A DNA stretch of 64,000 bases from Trueperaceae bacterium (GTDB lineage Bacteria; Deinococcota; Deinococci; Deinococcales; Trueperaceae), in the NCBI GenBank assembly GCA_965215565.1, contig CBDCDZ010000004.1, positions 3,680,001-3,744,000 of the forward strand, read 5' to 3'. The position numbers were made by a program, and so were the translations under genes. Of the stretch, positions 48,800-59,091 are shown piece by piece. Position 1 is the first letter of the stretch. Each line of letters opens with the position of its first letter. The notes below the pieces were generated by a model. It was not told the DNA's origin, did no database searches, and saw only the letters and a program-made list of their open reading frames with translations.

Positions 48800-50478
48800 T
48801 ACGTAGGGGCGGCAGGCCCTAGCGCCGCGCCCGCCCTCTCTCGCCGCGCCTCGCGGTAGCGCACCGCCGCCGCGATAAAGCCTCTAAAGGGTGGACTCGC
48901 GCGCATCAAGCGCGTGTTGAATTCGGGGTGAGACTGGAGCCCCAAGAAGAACGGATGTCCCTCAAGCTCAACCGCCTCGACGAGCCCCGCGCCGCGCCCC
49001 TTCATCCCCGGCGTGACGCCTGAGACGGTGAGCCCCGCGTCCTTGAGCCGCGCCACATACGCCGGATTGACCTCGTAGCGGTGGCGGTGACGCTCTAGAG
49101 CGACGCCCTCTTTGTCGAGCAGGGATTCGTAAAGCCTTGCCAGGCATGTGCCCGGCGTGACCTGCATGGGCCAGTCGCCCAAACGCATGGTGCCGCCTAA
49201 GCCGGCTACCTCGAGCTGTTCGGGCATCAGCCCAATCACAGGATGCGGCGTGTAGGTGTCGAACTCGGTGGAGTTCGCGCCCTCTAAACCCGCCTCGTGC
49301 CGTGCGAACTCGATGACGGCAACTTGCATCCCCAAGCAGATACCCAAGTACGGTACGCCCTCGGTCCGCGCGTAGCCCGCCGCCAACACCTTCCCCTCGA
49401 TGCCGCGCACGCCGAAGCCACCCGGTACGAGCACGCCGTCTAAGTCACTCAACGTATCCAACTGCTGCTCCAACAGGTCTTCGGCGTTGACCCATCTGAG
49501 CGCGACGTGCGCGTGGTTGGCGATGCCCGCGTGCTTCAGGGCTTCCATCAAGCTGAGGTAAGCGTCGGGCATCGCGACGTATTTGCCCACGACGCCTATG
49601 GTGACCTCTTGCTCAGGCTGCCGCAGCACCTTGACCGCCTCGCGCCACGCGCGAAGCTCGGGTGTGACCTTCTCCAGAGAGAGTCTGCGCTCGATGAAGC
49701 GCCCGATGCTCTGCTGCTCCAAAATTTCGGGCACCGCGTAGACGTGGTCGGCGTCGTGCGAGTTAAAGACGTCTCTCGCCTCGACGTTGGTAAAAAGCGC
49801 GATTTTGCTGCGCACCTCTTCGGGGACCGGACTCTGCGAGCGCAAGATGATGCCGTCGGGCTGAATGCCCACACCGCGCAGCGTCGCCACCGAGTGCTGC
49901 GTCGGTTTGGTCTTGAACTCTTCGCTGGTGCCCAAGTAGGGTAGTAAAGTCACGTGGAAGTAGAGCGTGTTCTCGCGGCCCTCTTCGAAGCGCATCTGGC
50001 GAATCGCCTCCAAGAAGGGTAACGACTCGATGTCGCCCACCGTGCCGCCCACCTCGACTAGAACGAGTTCAGCGCCTGCCTCTTTTCCTGCCGTGCGGAT
50101 GCGCTCCTTAATCTCGTCGGTGACGTGCGGGATGACCTGCACGGTCTGCGAGAGGTATTCGCCGCGCCGCTCCTTCTCGATGACGCTCTGGTAGACCTGC
50201 CCCGTCGTGACGTTGTTGCCGCGCCCCAAGTTGATGTCTAAAAAACGTTCGTAAGTGCCGACGTCCAGGTCGGTCTCCGCACCGTCCGAGGTCACAAAAA
50301 CCTCGCCGTGCTCGTAAGGGCGCATGGTGCCCGCGTCCACGTTGATATAGGGGTCTATCTTAACTGCGGTGACGCGGTAGCCGCGCGCGCGCAGGAGTGC
50401 GCCGATGCTCGAGGTGGCGATTCCCTTGCCCAAGCTCGAGACCACGCCGCCCGTGATGAAGATGTAGTTGGTCTGCAT
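48799..50478 (-). CDS. pyrG: CTP synthase
   Basis: GGVVSSLGKG, KTKPTQHS, VPGGFG, GICLGMQ, RHRHRYE, QSHPEF. Confidence 0.98.
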   Translation of the reverse strand: MQTNYIFITGGVVSSLGKGIATSSIGALLRARGYRVTAVKIDPYINVDAGTMRPYEHGEVFVTSDGAETDLDVGTYERFLDINLGRGNNVTTGQVYQSVIEKERRGEYLSQTVQVIPHVTDEIKERIRTAGKEAGAELVLVEVGGTVGDIESLPFLEAIRQMRFEEGRENTLYFHVTLLPYLGTSEEFKTKPTQHSVATLRGVGIQPDGIILRSQSPVPEEVRSKIALFTNVEARDVFNSHDADHVYAVPEILEQQSIGRFIERRLSLEKVTPELRAWREAVKVLRQPEQEVTIGVVGKYVAMPDAYLSLMEALKHAGIANHAHVALRWVNAEDLLEQQLDTLSDLDGVLVPGGFGVRGIEGKVLAAGYARTEGVPYLGICLGMQVAVIEFARHEAGLEGANSTEFDTYTPHPVIGLMPEQLEVAGLGGTMRLGDWPMQVTPGTCLARLYESLLDKEGVALERHRHRYEVNPAYVARLKDAGLTVSGVTPGMKGRGAGLVEAVELEGHPFFLGLQSHPEFNTRLMRASPPFRGFIAAAVRYREARRERAGAALGPAAPT

Positions 50479-50602
50479 AAAACCATCCTCTCCGGGGTTT
50501 CATGCTACCACGCTGGAGAGGTGCAAGGAGAAGGGGCGGCTTTTGGGGCCGCCCTTAGTTGGATGGAGACTGAGTAGCGTTTGCTGCTAGGGCTCAACTA
50601 TG

Positions 50603-50740
50603 TATAGCGGTTATCAGAAGTACTGAGCTTGAATCACGCAGATATCATCCCTTAAAGTGCGTGCTGCTTACGCAGTTTTCACGCAGTGAAACGATGTTCT
50701 ATCTTGTGAGATTAGCTCAAACCAGATGATACCTGCTATA
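50603..50740 (-). repeat. MITE-like repeat family A, copy 3
   Basis: Ends TATAGCGGTTATCA ... TGATACCTGCTATA form imperfect terminal inverted repeats. Confidence 0.8.
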
Positions 50741-50742
50741 GT

Positions 50743-53532
50743 TTAAGGCTGGCAGTCTTGAGGTCCCTCGTATGAAACAGACACACTACGCGCCGTCAGT
50801 TTATCGATGTTAGCCAGGTCCTCACTACCGAGGCAAAGATTGAGAGGATTATCAAACAAGGATACGTTGGGGGCGTCTCCATCATTCTTAATCCCTTCGT
50901 TGGCAACGAGCGGCTCGAGGTCGCTAATCTTGTTGTCGCTTAGATCTAAAGAAATGAGGTCAGCAAAGTTTGGAAGGGGGTTAAGATCGCTAATTTGGTT
51001 GTTGCTAAGTGTCAAATTGCTAAGCCCAGTGAGGTCTTGGAGCGGGCTAATGTTACTAATCTTGTTAACGCTGAGGTTCAAAGAGGTGAGGTTCGTAAGG
51101 GTTTGAAGTGGACTGAGGTCGTCAATCTCGTTGCCGTCAAGTTCTAAAGCAGTGAGATTCGTGAGGCTTTGAGGTGAAAAGGTGCTAATCCTATTGTATC
51201 CGAGCGATAGTTCAGTGAGGTTAGTAAGGTTTTGAAGCGCACTAAGATCGCTGATCTGGTTGCCGCTGAGATTCAACGTACTAAGACCTGTAAGGTTTTG
51301 AAGTGGGCTAACGTCACTGATCTCGCTATAACCGAGTCTTAAAGAGGTGAGATTCGTGAGGTTGCGAAGCGGTTCGATGTCGCTGATGCCGCCGCTATCA
51401 ATTCGTAAGCTCGTAAGGGTCGTAAGACTTTGAAGCGGACTTAGGTCGTTGAGCGTGAAGAAGGAGAGGTGCAAGTCGGTGAGCTTAGCGAGGTTGCGAA
51501 GCTGGCTCAGGTCCACGGTAGGTCTGACAACATCGTCCTCGAGTCGTTCGCCGGCTAGCGACTCGAGCCTTAGAAACTCTAGTTCGCTCAGATTCTCTAA
51601 AAAGGAGAAATCGTCCTCCTCGTTCTCTAAAAGCGTCAAACCGAGCCTCTTGAGTTTGGTGAGGTTGCGAATCGGCGCAAGTTCATCTGCAGAGAAAGTT
51701 ACATCAAAGGTAAAGAATTCCTCTAAGTTGACCGCGTACTGCAAGCCCTCGAGGTTATCCACGAAGCCCGAATCGAGGGGGTTGAGCCTGAGTTCCACTA
51801 ACTCAGCTAGCTCTTCGCAGGTGATCGCGCTTCTGTCAGCGACGTCGACAGTGAGGTAAAGCAGAATTGCCTGCCGTAACCCCTGGTCGGGAATATTCAC
51901 GGGGTTCGTGCAGGTTTCTCCGTTGCCGCTATCCCCATCACAGTTTTCAGGCTCATCAAAGCGAACGAATACACCGCGCTCAATGAGCGCCTCGATGTCT
52001 TCGCGTCCTTGTGTGCCGGGGCAGGTCTCGAGGGGATTGTTCGTTAAAGTAACCGTGTCATCGACTCCTGGTGCGTCGGCGTTGGGTCCTAAACCTCCAT
52101 TGTTGACGAGTGGCGAGAGGTCGGTAATCTGGTTGTAACTAAGCCCGAGACTCTCCAAGTTGGTCAAACCCTCCAAAGGGGAGAGGTCGCTCACCTGGTT
52201 GCCGCCGAGGTCGAGGTCGGTTAAATTGATGAGATTTTGCAGTGGCGAGAGGTCACTAACAGCGTTGCTGTCGGGGCTGTTATCACCTAGCGAGAGGGTC
52301 TGTAGCGCCGTCAGATTCTGCAGAGGCGAGAGGTCGCTCACCTGATTGTCGATGAGACCGAGGTAGCGCAAAGAGGTCAGGTTCTCGAGCCCACCCAGAT
52401 CACGAATCTCGTTGCTCGAGAGTTCGAGCCTCTCTAAATTCGTGAGGCTTCGTAGCGGCGAGAGGTCGCTGACGCTGTTCGCGTTGAGCGTAAGCTCCGT
52501 AAGGTTGCTGAGACCGGCTAACGCGCTGAGGTCGCTGATGGCGTTGCCTCTAAGCTGGAGGCGCTCGAGGTTGACGAGACCGCTTAGCGGGCTGATGTCT
52601 TCTATGTTTCGATCTTCAGTCTCGATGTCGATTTCACGCAGTTGCGTCAGGTTAGCCAAGGGCGAGAGATCGCTGATGGAGGTGCGGGTTTGACGCTCAT
52701 CGTCGATACGCAAACTGATAGCTTCGAGGTTAGTCGCGTACTGCACACCTTCGAGGCTGCTCACGCCGTCAAGCTCGCCGGAGTAGGTAAGTCTCTCGAG
52801 CGTCTCTAGGTCTTCGCAAGTGATGGCGCGTTCGGAAAACTCGAGGGCGAGAACGTCGCGAAGAACCGCTCTGAACGCCTCATCGGGTATCTCCACTGGG
52901 TCCGTGCACACCACCGGCTCCGGCTTAGGTTCCGGCTCTTCCGCCTCGTCACCTTTGACTACTATATACGCCCGCAACGCCTCATCCGAAGTCACACCCG
53001 CTGCGTTGGTAGCTTCGCTGGTAAAGGTGTACGCAAATTCACCTTGCGCCCCCTCGAGTTCGCTCACGTTCACCGCATCTTCAGCTACTTGAATCTCATA
53101 GATACACGTAACTTCGGCGTCCTCACCCGTCAATTCACAGCCGCCGCCAGGCTCACTGATACTGGTAGGCGCACCTAGGGTAAAAAAGCTCTGCGTTGGG
53201 TCTAAAGGACCGGCTAAGCCTTCGGGTGTGGTGTTGACTAAACTCACGGTGATGTCGGTGATACCTACTAAGCTCTCGTAGACGGCTCGAGCGTAGAACG
53301 TGCCGCCTGGCTCGACCTCGAGGATAGGTGCATCGGCAGGGTCAGCGACGGGGTTATCTACACCGAGATAGGGACCACTAAAGGTCTCGCTCACTCCGAA
53401 GGCACCTTCGGGGGGACGCTCTGGCTGGTTGATGTTGCCTGCGCTTTCTAGGTCACCGCAGGCGGTGAGGAAGAGGAGGAGCGCAACGCTCCAGGTTAGA
53501 AGTAGTTGATATCGCCTACGTACGTCATTCAT
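50743..53532 (-). CDS. Internalin-like leucine-rich-repeat lipoprotein (two LRR modules)
   Basis: Lipobox FLTAC; many LxxLxLxxNxISDLSPL 22-aa repeats; duplicated caps. Confidence 0.92.
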   Translation of the reverse strand: MNDVRRRYQLLLTWSVALLLFLTACGDLESAGNINQPERPPEGAFGVSETFSGPYLGVDNPVADPADAPILEVEPGGTFYARAVYESLVGITDITVSLVNTTPEGLAGPLDPTQSFFTLGAPTSISEPGGGCELTGEDAEVTCIYEIQVAEDAVNVSELEGAQGEFAYTFTSEATNAAGVTSDEALRAYIVVKGDEAEEPEPKPEPVVCTDPVEIPDEAFRAVLRDVLALEFSERAITCEDLETLERLTYSGELDGVSSLEGVQYATNLEAISLRIDDERQTRTSISDLSPLANLTQLREIDIETEDRNIEDISPLSGLVNLERLQLRGNAISDLSALAGLSNLTELTLNANSVSDLSPLRSLTNLERLELSSNEIRDLGGLENLTSLRYLGLIDNQVSDLSPLQNLTALQTLSLGDNSPDSNAVSDLSPLQNLINLTDLDLGGNQVSDLSPLEGLTNLESLGLSYNQITDLSPLVNNGGLGPNADAPGVDDTVTLTNNPLETCPGTQGREDIEALIERGVFVRFDEPENCDGDSGNGETCTNPVNIPDQGLRQAILLYLTVDVADRSAITCEELAELVELRLNPLDSGFVDNLEGLQYAVNLEEFFTFDVTFSADELAPIRNLTKLKRLGLTLLENEEDDFSFLENLSELEFLRLESLAGERLEDDVVRPTVDLSQLRNLAKLTDLHLSFFTLNDLSPLQSLTTLTSLRIDSGGISDIEPLRNLTNLTSLRLGYSEISDVSPLQNLTGLSTLNLSGNQISDLSALQNLTNLTELSLGYNRISTFSPQSLTNLTALELDGNEIDDLSPLQTLTNLTSLNLSVNKISNISPLQDLTGLSNLTLSNNQISDLNPLPNFADLISLDLSDNKISDLEPLVANEGIKNDGDAPNVSLFDNPLNLCLGSEDLANIDKLTARSVSVSYEGPQDCQP

Positions 53533-53594
53533 AAAGATTCCCCTTTTTGAGCTGTTTTTACTGAAGTTTTCCCCAATGCTTTTCGTGCTGCGCT

Positions 53595-53663
53595 ATACCT
53601 GTACACGCCCGTACAGGTCCATCCCCCTTCATCAACTAAAGCGCACACCCGATACCTGTACAC
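53595..53663. promoter_or_regulatory. Candidate operator upstream of the LRR gene
   Basis: ACCTGTAC-N6-GTACAGGT (53597-53618); ATACCTGTACAC repeated at 53595 and 53652. Confidence 0.45.
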
Positions 53664-53984
53664 CTCGATGCGAGCAGAACGGTGCCGCCCCAACCCGGTG
53701 TACGCTGGTTACTCGACTGTTCACCTTGACCGTTGCCGCTAAGATAGCAGGTCACTCTCGCTACAATCTAGTAAGGTAAATCACAATTGAGCTTTGTTAA
53801 AGGTTGGGTTAATTGAGGCTGAAAGGGAGGTTGAGTAAAGAAATAAGGCGACACTGAGGGTTGAGAAATTCTTGCTCATATTGCGAGCTGCACCGTTTCC
53901 CGGTACAATCCTCCGAATGAGGACGATTTCAAGAGACTGCGGCGGGCGCGGCGTTCGCGCCTTTAGCCCCCTGAGGTGACCTAG

Positions 53985-54653
53985 ATGTTTGTACATGAGT
54001 GGATGACGCAGAGCCCGCAGACGGTCAAGCGCACGACGCCCGTGATGGAGGCGATGCAGATGCTCCGGGAGGGCGGCTACCGCCGCTTACCTGTGGTCGA
54101 GGGCGCGCGGCTCGTCGGCATCGTGACGGACCGAGACCTCAAGGACGCGACGCCCTCGAAGGCGTCAACGCTTTCGGTCTACGAACTCAACTACTTGCTG
54201 AGCAAGCTCGCCGTCAAAGAGGTGATGAGGTCGCCTGTCATCTCGGTGGGTCCCGGTGATCCGGTGGAGCGCGCCGCGCTCTTGATGGAGACGCACAAGA
54301 TTTCGGGCCTGCCCGTCGTCGAGGGCGACGAGCTAAAAGGCATCATCACCATCACAGACATGCTCCGCGCCTTCGTCGCGATGTTGGGGCTGCGCGAAGG
54401 GGGCACGCGGGTCACAGTCAATTTGCCCGACGCACCGGGCGTGCTTGCGCAGGTGGCTCTAGCGGCTGCGCCCTCGAACATCATCGCGGCGGTTACGGCG
54501 GGCGTGCAGCAGGGGCAGCGCCGCGAGTTGGTGGTGCGCGTGGTGGGTGAGGGTGCGTCTGAGTATCCCGAACGGTTGCGAGAGGGAGACCTGGACGTAG
54601 TGGACGTGCGCCACGACGGTACTCAAGAGGATGCGGGCGACCCGAGTGGCTGA
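53985..54653 (+). CDS. CBS + ACT domain protein (AcuB-like)
   Basis: RRLPVV..LVGIVTDRDL...SKASTLSVYELNYLLSKL, ISGLPVV, DAPGVLA. Confidence 0.9.
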   Translation: MFVHEWMTQSPQTVKRTTPVMEAMQMLREGGYRRLPVVEGARLVGIVTDRDLKDATPSKASTLSVYELNYLLSKLAVKEVMRSPVISVGPGDPVERAALLMETHKISGLPVVEGDELKGIITITDMLRAFVAMLGLREGGTRVTVNLPDAPGVLAQVALAAAPSNIIAAVTAGVQQGQRRELVVRVVGEGASEYPERLREGDLDVVDVRHDGTQEDAGDPSG

Positions 54654-55341
54654 GGACCTATTTACCTCTTTGCGCAAGGCGGCGCTGGGTGGGCGGGTCA
54701 AGAGCACGCCGTTTTTGGAGCCCGACGACGCGGCGAGCTTGGCGGCGAAGCTGCGCGAGGCGGGCGTCGGTGTGCATTCGGACGGCGGCTACACCGGAGC
54801 GCGGCGGCGCGTTGTGACGGCCTTCCCCGAGCACATCCCCGAGGCGAGCGCGGCGTTCGCGGCGCTCTATTACGAAGGGGTAGCAGAGGACGACTTGCGC
54901 GTCGCGCTCGGGCGCACAGGTCTGGCTGAAGGGTCTTTGGGGGACGCCTTAGAGCACCAGGACGGCGTGACCTTCGTCGTGCTTGCCGCCGACAAAGAGA
55001 GCGCCTTAGCGCCCGTGCACGTCGCGGGTCAGCGCGTCGCGCCGCAAGAGGTGGATCCGGCGCATCTGGGGCGCGGCTCCAACAAATCGCAGACCGTCGT
55101 GGTGCCCTCCTTGCGGGTGGACGCGCTGGGCGCGAAAGCCTTTAAGGTCTCGAGGTCGTACTTCAGCAAAGGCGTCGCGGGCGGGCGGGTGCGCGTGAAC
55201 GGTTTGGCGGCTGGCAAGTCGAGCAGCGCCGCGCTAGGCGACGAGGTTTACGCGGAGGGGCTGGGGCGCTTCACCGTGACCGAGGTCTTGGGCGAGACGA
55301 AGAAGGGAAACCTCAAGGTCACTTTAGAGATCGAGCGCTAG
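54646..55341 (+). CDS. YlmH/Sll1252-like S4 domain RNA-binding protein
   Basis: TPFL, GGYTGARR, SLRVDAL...SRS, GRF...ETKKG. Confidence 0.85.
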   Translation: MAEDLFTSLRKAALGGRVKSTPFLEPDDAASLAAKLREAGVGVHSDGGYTGARRRVVTAFPEHIPEASAAFAALYYEGVAEDDLRVALGRTGLAEGSLGDALEHQDGVTFVVLAADKESALAPVHVAGQRVAPQEVDPAHLGRGSNKSQTVVVPSLRVDALGAKAFKVSRSYFSKGVAGGRVRVNGLAAGKSSSAALGDEVYAEGLGRFTVTEVLGETKKGNLKVTLEIER

Positions 55342-55346
55342 CTTGC

Positions 55347-56219
55347 CTACGTATCAGCGGGCGCGCTGTTAACGTCCAACTCATCGTAACCAAACGCCAC
55401 ACCGTCCTTAGCGCCGTGCTTGACAAGGTACATGAGCTTGTCGACGCGCTGCACCATGCCCGCGACGCTCTCGGGCGGCTTGCGAAAGGTGTAGACGCCG
55501 ATGCTGACGGTGACGGGCCACCCTCTTTCCCGCATGGCGTCCAAGAGGAGCGTCCTGAGCTTGTTGACCGCAGATTCAGCCTGGTGCGGGTTCGTCTCGG
55601 GCATCAAAACGACGAATTCGTCGCCGCCCATGCGTGTGACGGTGTCCGTCGCGCGGACGTTGCGCTGCAAGGTGCGCGTCACGATCTGCAAAAGCTCGTC
55701 GCCGACAGGGTGTCCGAAGCGGTCGTTGACCGCTTTGAAGTTGTCCAAATCGAAGTAGACCACCGTTGTTGCGCTGCTATAGCGCTCCGAGCGCTCCAAC
55801 TCGCGCTGCGCTACTTCGTAGAAAGCCCTTGCGTTTGCCGCGCCCGTCAGGGGGTCCGTGCGCGAGAGCGCCGCTTCGCGCTCCAAGCCGTCTTTGAGCC
55901 TGAGGAGGAGCACGGTAAAGGCGTAGAGCAGCCCGATGCGAATGAGCAGGTTCCAGAGCAGCGCCAAGAGCGACGAGGTGGTGGAGAGAAAGTCCGAGAA
56001 CGTCCAGAGACCCGCTGTGAGGAGGATGATGCCCACGCCCGCCGCCCGCCCCAGATACCAAGCGGTGAGAAAGATGGGCAAGAGGTAAAAGAGCGACAGC
56101 GATAGCTCTTGGCTGATGCGCGCGTCGAACAGCGCGACGAGAGATATAGACACAAGGCTAGCCAGAAAGAGGTTGACCTTGCGCTGAGTTTTAAGCGACT
56201 CGAGTAGTGGACTTTTCAT
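55347..56219 (-). CDS. Membrane-bound diguanylate cyclase
   Basis: N-terminal TM helices; DPLTG, DLDNFKAVND, GGDEF. Confidence 0.93.
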   Translation of the reverse strand: MKSPLLESLKTQRKVNLFLASLVSISLVALFDARISQELSLSLFYLLPIFLTAWYLGRAAGVGIILLTAGLWTFSDFLSTTSSLLALLWNLLIRIGLLYAFTVLLLRLKDGLEREAALSRTDPLTGAANARAFYEVAQRELERSERYSSATTVVYFDLDNFKAVNDRFGHPVGDELLQIVTRTLQRNVRATDTVTRMGGDEFVVLMPETNPHQAESAVNKLRTLLLDAMRERGWPVTVSIGVYTFRKPPESVAGMVQRVDKLMYLVKHGAKDGVAFGYDELDVNSAPADT

Positions 56220-56496
56220 AGCGTAATAGGACCTAGTAGAATTTGGCGTAGAAAGGCGTGTTGAGATCGTCTACAGGACCAAGGCTATCATGAAGAGAGC
56301 TTTTGGGAGACCAGAGTCGCTCGGGGAGAGCGAAAACCTGAGGGCGTTCGCGGCGACTATATTGACTCGAGAGGGCTTAGGGAGAGAGCATAAAAAAGAG
56401 GACATAGAAAAATTGCCATCCTATGTCCTCTTCTGTCTTACTACCCGTCTACACGCTCTTCTTGGTTCACCGCTCTTTACGCGCTAGGGTAGCGCT

Positions 56497-58830
56497 TCAC
56501 GACGCCGCTTTTCCTTTGGGAGCCCGCGCCTTGCGGCTCCGCTCGGCTTGGAGCGCCTGCATTCGGCGGCGATACGAGCCGTATTCGATGATGAATGCGA
56601 CTAGGTTGACGAGGTAGATGACGCCTAGCGCGATGTAATCGGTGCGCTCGCTGAAGCCCATGTCGATACCCCAATTAGCCAACTGCGCGATGATGTCGAG
56701 GCTGACGATCGCCCACGGCACGATGAGGAAAAAGCCCCAGGCCTCATCCGCCAAGCCGCTGCCCGGCACGAGCACCGCGAGCACCTGATAGAGAAGCGTG
56801 CGCGGCGCGTTGCGGCCACTTCTAGCGCGCGGCATGAAGAGGAAGACGACGTTGAAAAGTAGCAGCAGGAAGAACAGCACGATGAAGAGCGTCCAGAGGA
56901 GCGGCGAGAAGAGCGCAGGTCTAGCGCCTCGCAACTCACCCCAGGGGTTGGTGAAAGCGCCCGCCAAGGCGTCGTTCCAGGTGCCGCTCACCGCGTTCCT
57001 GAAGTCGTCTTGGGACGGGGTGGCGAGCAGCGCCTGGTCAGGGCGGTAGCGCTCTTGAAACAAAAAGATCGGGTTTTCGTTCTGCGGCTCGCCCAGGTTG
57101 TAACGCGCCTCAGGTAGGTTGGGCTCTAAGTCTACGGCTTGCTGAAAGAGGTCGGCGTCCTCAGTCAACACGCCCAAGTTATTGATCGCGGGCGCGTAAC
57201 CCGCCGCCGTTTCGTAGTCCGCTTGCGCGTCTCTCGCTTCGCCTGCGATCTGCTCGGCGTAACCGCGAATGAACGCGCCGCGTACGTCTATCAGCTCGGC
57301 GCGCTCCAAGTAGGCGAGCGCCTGCCGGTTGGCGAGCGTGCCCGACTCGGTGGCTAGGGGCAAGCCCGCGCTGCGGTCGTTCCAGCCCGCCAGCCCGACG
57401 AGCGCAATGACAACTAGAAACATCAAAATCAGCACGAGCTTTTCGGTGATGGTGTAGTAGCGAGGGACTAGAAGCCGCGCCACTTGGCCTCCCCTACCCT
57501 GCTCCGCGCGCTGGCGTCTGATGTCGCCGCTCTGCGGAATCCAGTACTTAAAGAGCAGCGTGAGGTGCAGTAGTAAGATAGCGACGAACACGGCTAGGGC
57601 GGCGTACCAACCGATGTTGCCCAAGGAGCCCGCCAAGCCGTCTAAGCCGCTCAACCCAGTGGTGACGGTGCTGCGCGACTGGCTGCGCCAATAGTTAGCC
57701 TCTTCTAAACTCACCTCGTCCTCGATGAGGTTGGCGTAGGAGGCGAACGCATCACTCGCGCCCGGCACGTAAGGTGCGGCCAAAAGCAGCTTTTCCGCCC
57801 AGAAGTCCGCGCTGATGACGTTCTCGTTCCTGAGAGCCTCTTGCAGCGGGTTGAGGGGGAAGTTGTACGCTTCTTGCATGGTGAGGTCTGTTAAGAGCCT
57901 TGGATCGTACCCTCTAGCGGCGAAGTCTTCTAGAGCCCTCGTGAACGCCTCTTCTGCTAGGTTACGCTCGCCGTTCTCCTCTAAAACCTGTGCGAGCCCG
58001 GCGAGGTCGTAGAAGCTCTGCGCGACTTCGACGCCCTGCGCTAGAATCTCTTGCGCGGTGTTCGGGTCAGCTTCCGCTAAACCGACGGCTAAGTAGAGCC
58101 AGGGGTTCGTCGGGTCTTGCTCCAAGCGGGCAGCGGGGTTCTCTACCAGGGCTTCTTCTTGCAGATAGGTGAAGATTTCTGTGGCGAGCCCGAAGCGCAC
58201 CGGGTTCTGCAGGTTGCCACTGCGCAGCGTGAAGCGCTCGCTCAGGCCCTCTTCGTGTTCGACGGTCATCGAAATCGTGTTCTCGTTGACCCGCTCGACG
58301 CTCTCGACTTGACCCGACACGAGCCAGCGCGCTTCGACTGCGCCCGTCTCTGGGTTTAGCTGCAAGACGCTGTTGCCGTGCCCGACGTAGAGTTCGCCTT
58401 CAGACTCTAAAAGCCCCTGCGTCGCGCCGCTCCCTTCAGGAAAAGGGAGCCGCCAGACGGGGCTGCCGCCGCTCGTTGCCACGACGGTGTCACCTTGCAG
58501 GGCAAACTCCAGGGTGCTGGGATCGACTGGAGAGCGGTTGAGGTCGGTGTTGCCCTCAGCTTCGCTCTGCACCGCTTCGGTAGGCTCAGGTGTCGGGTTC
58601 GTCGCGCCGACACTGCCCGTGGCCTCCGACTCGTCCGGTGGAGGCTGCGTGACCTCGTCCTCTGCTTCCCCTTCTAAAGCGTCCTCTTGTGCGACTTCTT
58701 CGCTCGTCTCCTGAGTTGCCCCGTCTTGTTGCATTGCCATCAAGGCGCTTGAGAGGGTAGTAGAAGGCGCAGCCTGAGTGACGCCGCTTAGCGTAGCGCC
58801 TACGAGCAGCGTGAGGAAAATACGGACCAT
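56497..58830 (-). CDS. Large membrane protein with TPR-like segments
   Basis: Signal peptide, acidic linker, several TM helices, AINNLG / EARYNLG. Confidence 0.75.
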   Translation of the reverse strand: MVRIFLTLLVGATLSGVTQAAPSTTLSSALMAMQQDGATQETSEEVAQEDALEGEAEDEVTQPPPDESEATGSVGATNPTPEPTEAVQSEAEGNTDLNRSPVDPSTLEFALQGDTVVATSGGSPVWRLPFPEGSGATQGLLESEGELYVGHGNSVLQLNPETGAVEARWLVSGQVESVERVNENTISMTVEHEEGLSERFTLRSGNLQNPVRFGLATEIFTYLQEEALVENPAARLEQDPTNPWLYLAVGLAEADPNTAQEILAQGVEVAQSFYDLAGLAQVLEENGERNLAEEAFTRALEDFAARGYDPRLLTDLTMQEAYNFPLNPLQEALRNENVISADFWAEKLLLAAPYVPGASDAFASYANLIEDEVSLEEANYWRSQSRSTVTTGLSGLDGLAGSLGNIGWYAALAVFVAILLLHLTLLFKYWIPQSGDIRRQRAEQGRGGQVARLLVPRYYTITEKLVLILMFLVVIALVGLAGWNDRSAGLPLATESGTLANRQALAYLERAELIDVRGAFIRGYAEQIAGEARDAQADYETAAGYAPAINNLGVLTEDADLFQQAVDLEPNLPEARYNLGEPQNENPIFLFQERYRPDQALLATPSQDDFRNAVSGTWNDALAGAFTNPWGELRGARPALFSPLLWTLFIVLFFLLLLFNVVFLFMPRARSGRNAPRTLLYQVLAVLVPGSGLADEAWGFFLIVPWAIVSLDIIAQLANWGIDMGFSERTDYIALGVIYLVNLVAFIIEYGSYRRRMQALQAERSRKARAPKGKAAS

Positions 58831-58886
58831 CAGAAGCCTCCGGCTAGTGAGCTTAAACGAGCTTGGTTGCGTGCGTACCTGCTTTT

Positions 58887-58931
58887 CATAAAGGTAATTT
58901 GCACAAAGGTGACTTGCATAAGGGTGAATAT
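58887..58931. repeat. Three imperfect 15-bp tandem repeats in a divergent promoter region
   Basis: CATAAAGGTAATTTG / CACAAAGGTGACTTG / CATAAGGGTGAATAT. Confidence 0.6.
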
Positions 58932-59091
58932 ATCAGAGACCATAACAGTGCATTATATGAGGTATCGCCCGGTGCTTGCATGACAGGTTCGTCAAAAAGA
59001 TTTTCTGTTTGCCTCAGTGCGTACAGGGGGGGCAACACAAAGGGAATTTTTACGCCATACTTCCGGGGCAACTTGGTATACTGAGCGCGTA

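Noticed and set aside
50479..50525. CTP-sensing attenuator upstream of pyrG
   Set aside because: Only a short CCTCTCC/GGAGAGG inverted repeat; no Bacillus-type GGGC start plus terminator layout can be supported.
58930..59091. Deinococcal RDRM (DdrO) box before the Rad52-family gene
   Set aside because: No convincing 17-bp palindrome seen.
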